From Minutocellus sp. GHC0000111 (taxonomy: Eukaryota): DNA of 64,000 nt. The DNA lies in contig OZ361260.1 of assembly GCA_977018835.1 (NCBI GenBank), forward strand, positions 558,001-622,000. The letters are read 5' to 3'. Positions 34,631 to 47,606 of this stretch are shown here, one piece after another. Under the pieces are notes generated by a model. The model saw only the letters and a list, made by a program, of their open reading frames with translations, made no database searches and had not been told where the DNA came from. The translations under genes and the position numbers were made by a program. Positions within the stretch are counted from its first letter, which is position 1. Every line of letters begins with the position of its first letter.

Positions 34631-37300
34631 ATGGGCAGTACACACAGCTCCGAGATGATGGCGAACAACGGAAACGACGCGAGTGCCAGCGGCAACGGAG
34701 GCGGCGACGAGGAGGCCGTCATGGCGGCGGTGGTGGGCCAACCGGCCGCGGAGGAGGATCAGCAGCACCAGGATCAGCAACTGACAATTTCGGCCGTTGA
34801 TGATGGCAACCAAAACGAAACAGCCAACAACGATGATGAAGAGATGGTGGATGCCGAACCGGCAGAGGAGACGGAGGAAGAGAACGGCCCATCCTCCTCC
34901 TCGTCCTCGAGGTACTCCCTCCGCAAGCGTTCGCGCCAGCCCCTCCTGTCCATCCAGGATGGCAGCAACGCAGCCACGTTGACCACCACTGGCGGCCGCA
35001 GCAGCCGCAAGAAGAAGCAGCAGCAGCAGTCCTACGATCCTAACGCCGCCGGCTACGTCAACGCCGCCAACCTGACCGATCGGCAGTTCGAGAAGCTCCT
35101 CCAAGAGTAAGAAGAAAAGGGGGAACGGCAGCGTTTGCAGAAGAAGCAGCGGCTGGAACGGGGATATGCCGACGACGATTATCCCTACGAGCCACCGGCC
35201 GAGGGATGTCCGGCCTTCGATACGCTGCCCAAGGAGGCCATCCAGCTCGTATTCGAGCTGCTGCCGAGTGTCCGGTCGGTGTTCAATCTGGCGTACCAGT
35301 CCAAGTACATGCTGTCCTTTGTGGAGAAGAGGGTGAGTGGTGGAAATAAATAATGAATGAATGGATGTTGTTAGAGTAGTGTGTGCAGATTCGTTGATAA
35401 TATTTCCCATCTCACCACACTTTCCTTGCCGTCGCCATGCAATCATTCTAATTTGTTCCACACAACAGATGGATATTGTCATCCGTGCCACAGTACTCGA
35501 GGACGCCCACCAGCACGGTTCTACTCCAACGAGATCTATCCTCTCCGGTATTGTGCAGCTCGTTCGCAAGCGGTCCATCCATGTGCCATCACCTCTTCGT
35601 CTTCTCAAACAGGTCAATGCCAAGCGCTGCGAACGTGGTGCCAACTGCTTTGGCTTTGATCTCAAGAAGGACCTTGCATCCAACAAGAATATGAGCTCCG
35701 GTTATCACAAACCTTTCGGCTTTGCCATCTGCAGCGCTTGCGCCAAGGATTGCTGTACTAAATTGCCCCGACAATGGAGTTGGAATCATTGGACACGCCA
35801 GGAGCGGATTGACGGAAAGATCGTCTTCTACGGATGGCGGGGTGCATTTGATCCAGACAAGGGGTCGGACCTTTGTATCGGGCCCAATGGAGAGCGCATT
35901 GGCCCAATCATCAACGGAAGGCATCTGCAGCAGATCGCGAATACGCATCCGTATGACATCGAGAAGCAGAAGAATTCATTTGCTGCCTTCGTTAACCAAG
36001 AATATGGTGAGGAGGGTAGCGAGATGATGGAGTCGTTCGAAAAGGCATGTGCCGATCTAGTCCAGATCCATGAGGAGGTCGAGAAAGAGCGAGAGGAAAA
36101 GAAAAAGGCCTTCTGGGAAAAGTGGACGGAGGATAACAAGGCAAAGGATGACGCCGTTGTGGCTAGCAAGAAGGCGAAGCTCCAGCCTATTATTGCTGCT
36201 CTGGAAGAAGCTGTTGCCGATGCCCCTCTCAATGGCGCTTGACTTTGAGTGGAAGGACAGCCGTTGGGACCCAATCAAATTTCGATATCATTTTGTCAAG
36301 GATAGTCTCGGTAAGCTCCTTTCAGCTCCATCCAGTGCTTCTCAAAAGAAGATCAAGTCCGCCTGTGCCAATATCTGTCGCAAGTTGGAAATTCTCTCGA
36401 CCATGTCCCAAGCGGAGGGGGATGACGACGATTTCTTCTCCTTCGATTTTCTCGCCGCCGCACACCAAGAATGCTCGCTACCTCTCAGGAAGAAGGCCCT
36501 TCAGAAGATATCAGAGTATTGCGAGGCAGAGCTCACCGGGGGCATGAAGGGTATCATCGGTGGTGAGCATGGGTGGTACGCCGATTCAAAAGACTCGAAC
36601 AATACGAACGATCGATGGTTTGATCTTCTCGAGGGCGGTCCCGAGAAGTATCTCGATGCGGGTAAGTTGTTCAGGTGTTTTCACCGCCGCTCGGCTCCTT
36701 ATTATGATTGATATTTTGATAACGTGTTCTAATGCCATTCTTCTTTTTTGTCCTTGAAATTGCTCTGTACGTTTACACAGTCCTTCACATCCTCTCAGCA
36801 CGAAGGTACTTGTGCCAACTACAACCAGCAGCAATTCAGTCAATCATCGACATCTAGCAAAGGCTGTATGGAAGAAGTTAGAGAGCGAAATGGAGGAGGA
36901 GGGATTCACCCAATCTTCCTTCTACGAGGCCCTATCCCAGTGTAAGACCGAGTTCCAGACCATGAAGACAAATGCCAAGGATTATCTCGACGAGGATGAT
37001 GTCAAGAACTTTCGCAACTCGAATGCATGGGACTCGCACAAAAATCGCGACGCAGTCGACCAGGTTTGGGATCCTCAGGATGCCGTTATCAACGTCCGAT
37101 CCTGGCAGAGTGTGGTTATCCCTGCCAACGTTCAGAATATCAAGCCGTACCGCCTGCTTTTGGATCGTGACTTTGAGAACCTCCTTCGCATTCATCGATT
37201 TTACAGGGACAACCTTTATCGGTGGAGACACAGCACCTTTGGCGCAGTCTCACACCTTCACCAAACCATTGTCACCACCAACAATAACAGCAGCAGCTGA
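34631..37300 (+). pseudogene. unknown-family protein (F-box-like N-terminus, Cys cluster), disrupted paralog of 40869-43532
   Basis: Shares YSLRKR, YQSKY.LSFVE.R, HVPSPLRLL, CERG..C, PFG.A.C..C, GP.GE.IGP and KPY.LLL.R.F with the paralog. In-frame TAA at 35108; frameshifts at ~36232 and ~36810; introns 35333-35468 and 36662-36780. Confidence 0.7.
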
Positions 37301-37572
37301 AAGATTCCAATCCAACGGCGGCAGGTACCAATGGAAAAAGCTTTGCCACGAGAACGACGGGCTTCATTATATATGTACGGATAGAATTGGATCCATCCGG
37401 AAGCGGTGCAAGCATTAGAGATTCTTGTTGTACTGTTTGCAAACGTCCAATTTATATTACGTTCGTATAGCCAAAAAATCAAATCTAACTGACTAACCAA
37501 AAGAAAAAAAACAGTACTCCAAAAAAATCAGTACCGGAGCTCACAAGCCCCTCTCGTCAACACTTCTTAACG

Positions 37573-39189
37573 CTAATACTCGTAATTCTCGTAGTTCTGC
37601 TGACAGTGGACCGGGTGGATGAGCTCCCCGCTGACGCTGCACCGGTACATGCCCTCGTCCTCGGTGACCGTCCTCCAATCCCACCCCTCGCTGGCAAACT
37701 CCAGGGCGTTGCGCTGGGCGTTCTCGTGCAGCTCGATGCGGTTGGTCCACAACCGATCGCGGATGCGGTGGGAGTATTCCGACCGCATCGGTATCGGCGT
37801 CACGCGGACCTGCTCCCGGAACGTGATGCGCTTCTTCTCCTTGCGGGTGGTCGGAACGCTGTGGGTGGAGGATGGGTCCAGCTGACCATCGGCGGTATTT
37901 TCCTTCTCTTCTTCGGCTGTACTTGCTGCTGGTGCTGCTGCAGCTGTACCTTCTTGTTGTTGTGCATCGTTGCTACCTCCATCTTCTTGCTTGTCGCTGC
38001 TGCCCGTCGCACCATCGTCACCGCTTGTTGGATTCGGCTCCATATCCATTTCCAGCTTTTGTTCCTCTTGCTTGTTTCCATCTTCAGCCAAAGTTGCGGT
38101 ATTGGTATTGACCCCCTCTTCACCCTCCTGTGCATTGCTACCATCCTCGTTATTAATATCATCGTTGTTATTGTCATTGTTGTTCCCCAACCCAAAGAAT
38201 CGCTTCCATGCATTCCTCTCCAATCCATCGGCCACCCGATCCTCCCGGAATTTCAGGGGTTCGTCATGACTGGCCACCCCCCCCAAAAGGCTGGTCCGGC
38301 CCGTCTGACTGCTCCCCCCGACCGCACCCGGTGGCAGGTTGCCCCTGCGCATCATCATGTCCGACGGGGCGTGCGGCATCCCCCCCACCCCCCCGGCCGC
38401 CATGGCCTTGGAATTGTCAATCCCCAGCTTGTGCAGGAGGTCGGACCGGAGGCGGCGGGAATCGGCCAGGTTGGGCAGGGACGGATGACGCCGGTGCGAC
38501 ATGCCCTTGCCGGTGCTCGTGGAGGTGGTGGTCTTGGCCGTGGCGATGCTTTTCGAGTCTCCACCACCGGCCTTGCCACCCTTCCCGTCCTTGCCCAGAC
38601 TCGGCCGGCGGGTCTTCTTGGGCTTGAAGATCATGGCCTCACCCTCCATGGTGCGGCGGGTGTGCTCGTCGGGGAGGGGTATGTGCTTGGCGCTGGAATC
38701 CAGCTCGGGCGGCGGCGGGGGGACGTTGGGATTCTTCGGATTGGTGCCGTCGGGGGACGGTCCGAAGGAATCCTGCCGCCGGAGGGCGTTGGGCGGCGGG
38801 CCGGATCGGCCCTCGGGCGACGAGGGCTGCGACGTGGAAGGCGAGGCGGTCGTCGGTCTCGGCGGAAGGCCACCCCCAGGACTCGCCGGACTTGCCGATG
38901 CCGCCGCCGGTCCCAGATCCAGACCGCTCACCCCCCCGGCGATGGCGGCCATTTCCGCCAATGCGTCGGCGGCGGCACTCGCCGGATGCGCCCGGGGGCT
39001 GCTCTGCGGGGTGGTCGCGGGAGATGTCGAGGCCGAGGCCGAGGCCGAGGAAGCGACGGCCCCGAATCCCGGCGAAGGGGGCTGGGCGGCATGAGGGATG
39101 TGCCGCGGAGATGCCGGCGGGGTGCTGGCGCTTGCCTGTGCGGCCGACGTCGTCGCCGGTGACCGCGGCCGAGGAGGAAGGCCGGGCAT
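37573..39189 (-). CDS. low-complexity protein with conserved-looking C-terminal domain (RVxF-like motif)
   Basis: Pro/Ser/Ala-rich N-terminus; C-terminal [22 protein letters not shown]...[14 protein letters not shown]...GELIHPVH. Confidence 0.75.
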   Translation of the reverse strand: MPGLPPRPRSPATTSAAQASASTPPASPRHIPHAAQPPSPGFGAVASSASASASTSPATTPQSSPRAHPASAAADALAEMAAIAGGVSGLDLGPAAASASPASPGGGLPPRPTTASPSTSQPSSPEGRSGPPPNALRRQDSFGPSPDGTNPKNPNVPPPPPELDSSAKHIPLPDEHTRRTMEGEAMIFKPKKTRRPSLGKDGKGGKAGGGDSKSIATAKTTTSTSTGKGMSHRRHPSLPNLADSRRLRSDLLHKLGIDNSKAMAAGGVGGMPHAPSDMMMRRGNLPPGAVGGSSQTGRTSLLGGVASHDEPLKFREDRVADGLERNAWKRFFGLGNNNDNNNDDINNEDGSNAQEGEEGVNTNTATLAEDGNKQEEQKLEMDMEPNPTSGDDGATGSSDKQEDGGSNDAQQQEGTAAAAPAASTAEEEKENTADGQLDPSSTHSVPTTRKEKKRITFREQVRVTPIPMRSEYSHRIRDRLWTNRIELHENAQRNALEFASEGWDWRTVTEDEGMYRCSVSGELIHPVHCQQNYENYEY

Positions 39190-39485
39190 AGTATCAACTA
39201 TGTTATGGCGTGTTATTGGATGCGCGTTGCTTTGTACGCGACCGGCCGTGGTATGGCGTACCTAGGTATGCATGCATCAATGTCCGCCGGCGGAGGCCGG
39301 CCGGATCATCCTCATGGTTCCGAGAAAAGGCCTTACAGAAAAATCTGACGTCATTCAAGCATCATAAAGAAATGCGACAAACCGCCGCAGTCGCCTTCAT
39401 TTTTTCATCTGCTTACCACCTTCCAGTCCAGAGCCAGGTGCTCAGGAGCCACCGACTGCACACACAGCCCAAGCGTACAGGCATC

Positions 39486-40586
39486 ATGAGCAAGAGAAAG
39501 TTCGACGAGGTATCTGGCACCGATGTGACAAGCGCCGGCGGCGAAGCCAGTCCCAAATGTGTCGCCCCAGTTATGAGCGGCTGGGCCGCCCTCCCACCCG
39601 AGCTCATCCGAGGCATCGGCCAACTGCAGTCCGACGCTCGCGGTCTGGCGGCGATGGAACGCACGTGCCGTCCCTGGCGCAGAGTTGTGATGGAGGGGAA
39701 TGATGATCCCGAACTGCCAGGTGGGGTTTGCGGTGGTGGTGATGATGATGACGATGATGACGAAAATAAGAAGGCCAAGGAAAAGGTCAAGGCCAAGCCT
39801 TCTTGTCTTTGGCGTGACCTGGCCCTGACTCAGTTTCCTCGGTTGGCCTCAATCTCGAAGCTTGTAGGTGATGGTTCGGACCCTACTTGTAGAAGGGGTG
39901 GCGATAAGAAGTTCTCCTGGAAGATGCTCTATCGCGAGCAGTTTCGGGTATCATCTAGAATACAGCCTGTTGGACGATACCAGCCTACAACCGAGTTGAG
40001 CGACTATATTTTCTCATTTGAGTTCCGCGGCATCAGGGATGATGAACTGCTCTTTGTTACCTCATGCCGAGGCGATGAAAGAACCCCCAAGCTTTGGGAT
40101 CAAAACATTGAATATCACGACGGCTCAGATATTCCTATCTGCCAGAACCCAGTCGATCCGAGGCTCGTTTCTCGTCTGGGAAACAATCCTTTTGCCGAAG
40201 AAACTCTTGTTAATCAAATTACTGCCAATGTGATAGTTACTCGTTTGTCGGACATGAAAGCTGTTAAAGTGGCGACAAAATATTTCGACCCAAGAGATGG
40301 CGAGTACACGGATGATGATGGCGACTTAGTCTGGAAGAACGACGTGGGAGGGAATACTTTCATGCCCGTTAAAGCCTCTTCCTCTCCTGTTTATGTGCAC
40401 CTTACGTTTTATCTCAGTTGCGAAAGCGGTCGCATTCTTTTTGAAATAAATCAAGCTGAACTTGAATGGGGCTTTATCGTGGAAGGTAGCATGGAAAGGG
40501 AAAATTTGCGCGTAGAGACTTCGTATTGCAGAACCCATGCTATACTCAGGTATCTGGAATGTCAATGTCCTTGGCCAGATAACTAA
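39486..40586 (+). CDS. F-box-like protein
   Basis: WAALPPELIRGI...LAAMERTCRPWR...LWRDLA...SWKMLYR pattern. Confidence 0.65.
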   Translation: MSKRKFDEVSGTDVTSAGGEASPKCVAPVMSGWAALPPELIRGIGQLQSDARGLAAMERTCRPWRRVVMEGNDDPELPGGVCGGGDDDDDDDENKKAKEKVKAKPSCLWRDLALTQFPRLASISKLVGDGSDPTCRRGGDKKFSWKMLYREQFRVSSRIQPVGRYQPTTELSDYIFSFEFRGIRDDELLFVTSCRGDERTPKLWDQNIEYHDGSDIPICQNPVDPRLVSRLGNNPFAEETLVNQITANVIVTRLSDMKAVKVATKYFDPRDGEYTDDDGDLVWKNDVGGNTFMPVKASSSPVYVHLTFYLSCESGRILFEINQAELEWGFIVEGSMERENLRVETSYCRTHAILRYLECQCPWPDN

Positions 40587-40868
40587 TTCTACTTTGGCAA
40601 TTTTATCGCTGGAAAAAAAAACTAGCAGTCTACACACTCATTCACTTGATTGAACTGTCTATCTTACAGCTCTAGTTTCAATATCTGACAGGCATACTCC
40701 ATCACAACCAAGTCGCTACGCATATAACATGCTGATATTTTTTGCTCTGTCTGCTTCGTGCACTGTGCGAAATATAAATCTCGTCAATGGCAAATAAACG
40801 AGTCAGATGCAGTGAGATATGGCACCAGGACAACTAGCGTCTTCTAGTCTAGCTACGTAGTAGGCTAG

Positions 40869-43532
40869 CTAATGCACTCCGTTGGCCGTTCCGCATCGGT
40901 GATAGTATTTGTGAACCTCCAACAGCTTATCGAACTTCCTCTCCAAGAGGAGCTGATAAGGCTTGACATCTTCAAGACCTTCCGGAACACTTCCGCCACC
41001 CCCCCAATGATAATGTCGCCCCCTCAAGACGCGATTCTCGGGCATCCACACCTGGCCAATGGCTCTCTGCCGGGTGAACCCGCCCTGCCATCCCGGGGCA
41101 CCAGCCAAATACTCAATAACGGGCGTGGTTTGAAGATAATCGCGCGCAGCACGGGACAGCTTGGTATATTCCGTCTTGCAGAGCTTGAGGACATCGACGA
41201 AGTCACCGAACGAGGAAGTGACCACGTTGTACTGCTCCTCGCTCTTGATCTTCTCGAAGATCGTCTCAGTCAGGTTGCGGTGGTCGATGGGATCTCCGGC
41301 CTCGAGAGCTTCGCCATCCACCACAAGCGTTGCCGATATAATACCGCTGAGCTCATTCCTACTCGATAGGAGATTGAGAAGGGCCGCCTTGTACGATCTC
41401 CTGCTCAGTAGGTCATAGAATTGCGGGGTGAACTCGTCCTGGGCATGGTAAAACCAGCGGCTCGTGGGATCCTCGTGCTTGTTCAGCAGGGTCGCGAGGT
41501 TGGTGAGATCCTTCTGTTGGATGTGGTTCAGAAGTTTCTGCTTCAGACGAAGTTTCAGCTGACGATCCGCTGCAGAGCAACCCTGCTGCTCGGCAGCTTG
41601 AGCCGTGAGGAAGCTGAAGGACGCAAACTCCGGATGAGATGCAAACGTATTGAGATTCTCACGGATACTGGCCACCGCATTATCCACACGCTTCTGAGCG
41701 TAGGAGGGACCTCGAATGAAGGTAACAAGCTTCTGATGAACCTGGGGGAGGGAGAAACGAAGGGGCAGATTCGTATCGTCATCACACCAGTGATAATCCA
41801 TAGCCAGCGCCTTGATATCGTCGGGCAGTTCCTCGACGGCTTCCTCCAAGATGGGTAGGATTTGGACCAGAGTCTCCTTCTTGCGGGCGATGATGGCCTT
41901 GCGGTTGTCTTCCTTGCCATCGTCCTGTTTGGCGTAGAACACCTCGAGCGCCTCCACGGCCTCGTCGTAGTACTGAACGAACTGGGTGGCGGCCTTCTCA
42001 TACTCATCGTACCGTTCCTCGCCCTCCTTGCCGTATACTTCCTCGCACAGCTCGCCAAAGGCCTCCTTCTGAGCATCGACGCCATCGTTTCGATACGAGT
42101 GGCATAGCTGCATGATGTGACGGGCGTTGAGGAATGGTCCGATTTTCTCTCCGTCGGGTCCCTCCATCAGGTCGGCAACTGCCAAAGGATGGAAGAGCTT
42201 GGAACTTCCAATCTTGAGGATCTTCTCTTCGGTGCGCCCCCAACTGTAAATGTAAGCGAATGAAATAAAAATGGCAAGGTGAGATGAACAATAGTACGTA
42301 GTAAATACCAGTAAAGTGAATATATAAACGGTAGTGCACGTGTTCTTCGAGCACGGCTCCCTAAGCTAAGCCCACTCTTTTGCTGACTTTGTAATATATC
42401 CTTTAAAGGATAACAAATAACACGCAACACACACACAATTTAGCTACAATGCATACAATAGAGACAATATGCAAAATACTCACTGGTTCCACCACCGAGG
42501 AATCGTGCGGCAGGCATCGTTGCTGCACTTGTGGCACAGAGCCATCCCAAACGGACGGGCCGCCCCATCGACGCCAAGACGCGTACTGGCCGTCTCCTTC
42601 TCGGTGTTGTAGTCCCAGCACTGCTCGCCCCGCTCGCAGCTCTGGGCACAGAGCAGCCGTAGAAGCCGGAGGGGACTGGGTACGTGCATGGCCCTGCAAC
42701 GGACGTCCTCGGCGAGCTGCGTCATGATCTTCCGGCAGCCGTCCACCTTCTTGTTGCCGCTCCACCCGATGGCACCGGAGGATTGTAGCTGCTGCTGCTG
42801 ATCAGCAGCGTTGGCGTCCGTTCCATCACCATCGCCGTTGTTACTACCGGTGTTACTGTTACCACCCCTCTTCTTCTTTGGTGCAATCTTGGCCATGGCA
42901 TTCTCGTGGACGGCAGCCCTCACGATCAGATCATGCCGCCGCTCCACGAAGGAAAGCAGATACTTGGACTGGTACCCGAGGTTCAAAATGTCGCGGCAGC
43001 GTGGGAGCATCTCGAAAATGATCGTAATGACCGGACCGGGAAGCTGATCGAGAGCGACGGTGAGGTTGCCGTTGCCGATGGTCCCGTCGGGGTTGGGACG
43101 GTACGGGTACGGCCCCTCGAGCTTGCGGCGCTTGTCTTCTCGCTGCCGCTGTCCCTGCTCCTCGTGATGGCGGAGGAGGGCCTCAAAGTCCTTGTCGGAA
43201 TAGAGGGCACCGTGGTTGACCATCGCGAGGGCCGAGTTGGTGCTGTTGGCGTTGTCATCATCGTCAGTCTCGTTGGTAGTGAAGGTGGAGGCGGCTCTCT
43301 TTCGAAGGGAGTAGCTGGACGAGATGGTAGCGGAACTCTTGGCGGGTGACTTTGACGTTTTGTTCTTTGCCGATGCCTTTTTCGTGGCCGTCTTGCTGGA
43401 GGTGTTGTTGGTCGCCACGGGTTGAAGGGCGGATGACGACGACGCCGAGGCCGAGGCCAAGGCCGAAGTGGCTACGCCACGGGTCCGGGTGGATCGCCTG
43501 GTGGTGGTGCCGCTGGTATTGCTGCTGCTCAT
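40869..43532 (-). CDS. unknown-family protein (F-box-like N-terminus, Cys cluster), intact paralog
   Basis: Two exons joined by intron 42483-42244, giving WWNHWGRTEE, which matches the paralog's WSWNHWTRQE; LDQLPGPVITIIFEML F-box-like segment. Confidence 0.78.
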
Positions 43533-44176
43533 GGTGGAGAATGGCATGAAGTGCAGTGCTGAAAGATCCGCCGTATCCATCCACGTTGGATTTTCCCCAG
43601 TTTTTCTGATGTCATCATGAGGTCATTGTTCCCGCCTACCCAGCCCGCCAACTCTGCTCGGCTGAAGCCGCCGACTCACATGCATGCTGCCGCCTGATGC
43701 CCACCCATGAATGATTAAGTATATTATATCCTTATAGGTGGGGACTGACTGCATGGCACGCGTGTTGCAGCATGCGCATCCGGTGGCGTGCGACAGCGCC
43801 GTCAGCGAGACGAAGACCGTCAGTCTTGGCTTGAAAAACACATGCAAATCTCCATTTCGTAAGCCATCCCTGTCCTCAGTGCCTGACCTCAGGTAGCCCT
43901 ACATGTGCTGATCCTCACCTCACCCTCACACAACCTTATCCTACAGTATTTTAATTTGCGCTCTTGTTTATGTTATCGATATTCGCTCTTGCTGATGCAA
44001 GTGCGGCTGCCGCTACATGCATTCAATTGAATTGGATCTGGTTCTAACCTTTTTCATTACGATCGACACATGTAGATACGTGTAGATTTAAGTTGTACTT
44101 AGCGGGGGGACACCACCACAAAAATGTCGAAAAGCACGATGAAAAAAATACCAACACTCTCTATGGCGTACTCGTG

Positions 44177-47100
44177 CCTTTCGAGTTCAGAGGATTTGAA
44201 AGTGACGTGATGATGACGTATTAGAAACACGACCACACCAGACCAAAAATCCAAGCTCACTTTTTCTAACTCCGAGGAATAAATGACGGCCAAGATGGAA
44301 GTCGGGGCAAGAACCAAGTTATGGTCACCAACTTCTACATATAGTCGAGAGATATTGTGCACCAGAACCAATAAATGTACATTATGTGATGATTTTTTTC
44401 GACATTTGCATTCCTCACCCCGGGAAAAAATGATGCATTTTTGGAAGAGCACCAAATCAAAATGTAATGAATAGAAATGGACATGCTATGATAAGTTATA
44501 GCAAATCAATGACTCCATCGTCTTCATCTATGTCGTCCTCAATGTCATCATCTTCGCCGGGAGCATCAATTGGCCAGAGTGGTTCACCATCCTCTTCAGC
44601 TTCTTCCTCGGCAATTTTTGCGAGACCAGCCTTTCCCCGTCTGGTCTCCACAAGATTGTTACCGCCACGACTTCTCTTGATGTTGTTATGTATCACTGGA
44701 AGTTTTCCAAATACATTGAGAAAGGCCTCTTTTGATGCGACATTGGCCCATACTTTCATCACAGTCTTGTCAAGAGCATTCGCATCATTCTTCTGACCGC
44801 GATGCTCCTTTTCGACGGCCGACTGCAAAGACATCCAGATGCCGAGATCAAGAACATTTGTCTCGGGCGACCGAGGAACCTGCTGGATTATCTCAATCTT
44901 CTATTTGCTTTTGAGGTCCTCGGTGTACTTCTCAACTGCTTCATTGGACCCATGACCGCCGGCATTGTCCATCATAAGATGCATGACATCAGACTCCTGA
45001 ATGTTTTGTGGATCCCACTTCACCCAATGATGTGCGTCTCGAATCGCCTTCCCGACCTCATTCATAGTCTCCAACATCCATTTGGAGTCGCAGCTACAGT
45101 CCTTGGTAACCTTATCACCCCGTTGACACCACACCCCGAGCTCAAGGTCGTCGATCTCAACCTTCACCTTCTCTCCATTGCTATCAGGAGTGTGTCGCTT
45201 GAGACTCGAGATCTTTTGATTGTAGCCAACAGCGGCATGCTTGCGACTTTTTGCCTGACCGTCGGATTTATAGTCCTCGTGTTGAAGTTCCAATCGCTCT
45301 GTAACAAACTCAGAAAGGCCGTAGATTTCGGCAATGTGGTCGCAAAGATGGCCGGCGGTCATGTCAGTGTTCTCGTCGTAAATGTCGCGCCAATCTTTGT
45401 CATTTTTTAGCGCATCGTTGACCTTAGCATCTGGAGAGAAATTCTGATTACGCGTAAGCTTTTCCACCTTCTGCTCCCTGGCGACTCTCTTGATCATGAT
45501 GCGCCCATTGAAATCAACGTCTTTGGTTTCATCCTTCATTGGTCGGCCAACAACTCCAAGACACATAACTTTGACAGGGTGTCTTCTGGATCGAATTTTC
45601 GGGCTTGCCTCGGAAGCATGGATGGACGCGAGGTTCGGACTGCTTAGTTCTTCGTCAGAAAGTGGCAACATCTTGATCTTTCGTCGCCGAGTAGCAGTGT
45701 AAAACCACTTTTCATCAAGACACGCTACAGGAATGTTGGGATCGGTCGTAATGTCCTCCCACTTTTCGATCCAATCAAGTCACTTCCTGCAATGTTCGGG
45801 GGTGAGCCTCGGCTTCTCGATCGACGACTTCTCCTTACCGCCTTGCTTTTTCCACCAGCGAAAAAGCTGAAGACGATGGAGACTAATTGTCAGCCCATCT
45901 TCATCTGGAGTAGCTGATTTTGCGCTCATGCAGTCAGCTAGCTCCTTGAAGGTTGCCATCGCACCCTTCATCCGAGCAGCATGCTGACACAGCTCGCGGA
46001 GACATCCTGGCTCCTTCTCCTCGATCATGTCCGTGTGTGCCTTCCTTCCACGAACCTCCTTTCTGCCGATGGGATTGCTGATGCCATCAGTAAGGCTTTT
46101 GTAGAGCTGGTCTCTCCACTTGTAAAGCTGAGAACACCGGTTGACTTGGCATGGCCGTGATCGTGCGCAACTTGCCGACACGCGGCAGTTGCAATTTGTT
46201 GCCGGTCTTCATGCGTGCGAGTTGGGTCGCCGCATCCCCACCAATCCGCGAGAGCCACGGCGCTGAACCGCATTCTTTCATTCGCCTGCTTTTCTTTTCT
46301 GATTGGTGTTGGTTCGGTGACGGTTGCATTGGGACGAGGAGGACGGAGCATGTCATCGTTGGCCATCCGAACAACAAAGTCGAGGCCGAGAGCGACCTTT
46401 ACCTGTTCATCAATGTCACTGGAGGTGGCACAGACAACGGAAGTGTCGGCGGCTCCTCCTAAACCTTCATCATTGGGGGAGGCTGCAGCTGCTTCAGTGG
46501 CGGAAGCATCACCAGTTCCCTTCAGCATGCTGAGGAGACTTGCTGGCATCCAACCCAGTTTCTTGGCCTCGTCGACTAGTGATTTTACTCTTGCTTCGCA
46601 ATGCGCTGACTGTGCCTCCTTTCTGTGAGCTGACAACCTCTCACCTAGCTTAGTAGCTAAGACAGTCGAGCGCCCAGAGAACAGAACTTCATCGGGATTT
46701 CTTTTCTCGTGCACCTTCTGTCCCTCCGGTCCAGAGAATTTCGGGTGGTTGTCCTCCTTCTTTTTGCGCAACCTGTGAGCACAAACATGAAGCGCCCTGC
46801 GTCTTGTCTTCCCTCTCGGCCGATGCGTCGACAAGTGCAACTTCAAACTACAATGCTCCTTGAGATGTTGCTGCACATCCTTACATTTTTCCTCGTTGTA
46901 CTGTAGCTCATACTTTCCTCCACCGACGGACTTGGAACGCAACAAGTCGGCCTCGATGAAAGCAGGGAGGACGTCTTCCCATTTCTGCCGAGAACCAACA
47001 CAAATGTCATCTTTGCCGCAGGAATCGGGGGTTACTCTCCACCACAGATCCTTACCAGCCCTTCGAATGACATCTGCTGCAAGGAGAAAGGCCATGGGGA

Positions 47101-47606
47101 TAGATAGGAGGAGGGGCCGTCCTCTTCTTCGCCGACGACGGTGACGGTTTGGCGGCCGCTTCTTCGACGTGTTTGCGCTCGGCGATGGTGTTTTCGGCTC
47201 AGCTGCCGCCTTTGCCGCCTTCCTGGATGCCTTGGTGTTGCCTCTCTTGCTCCCTGAGAACGAAGTTCTGCTGCGTTTGTATTTTTTGGGCGTGGTCTGG
47301 TTGGTCGTCGTCATCGTCACAAAATTTGCGCGGGTTGCGGTGAGAGGGGGTGTGCGGGGGACCAAAAAATATATGTGTTCCTGCCAGAATCTACTGGACC
47401 TGCGAATTCAGTGGATACTAATGGTCGGTGGCAACCTACTGAATGAGCAGGTCCAGTAGATATCCACGAGTTGAGGAGTATTTGCGTTCCTCCCGAAGAG
47501 AACATCGACTAACAAAACACGTGGTGGGAAATGAGAAATGGGTGCAAGAATGACCTTTTTTAGGGGTTATTGGTATACCCTCTACAAATCCTCTGAAACC
47601 GAAAGG
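44177..47606 (-). mobile_element. Tc1/mariner DNA transposon, DD39D group, copy 2
   Basis: Same TIRs and orientation as copy 1. Right flank TA (47607-08), left flank TG (44175-76). Similarity to copy 1 stops exactly at the TIR ends. Confidence 0.92.
44496..47314 (-). pseudogene. disrupted DD39D transposase (copy 2)
   Basis: Same motifs as copy 1. Stops at ~44901 (TAG) and ~45780 (CGA>TGA); frameshift at ~46135. Confidence 0.88.

Noticed and set aside
37606..39162. Long antisense ORFs (also 11946-12992, 21895-22851, 31005-32342, 34598-35686)
   Set aside because: Shadows of GC3-rich sense genes with no independent domain signal.
23576..47606. Classical RIP (CpA>TpA) or CpG decay as the sole explanation of copy differences
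   Set aside because: RIP would enrich TpA and stop codons, whereas TpA is depleted and the TSD went TA>TG. CpG remains abundant, with only a few CG vs TG/CA sites, too few to generate ~15 reciprocal double hits. Some CpG decay is present but minor.
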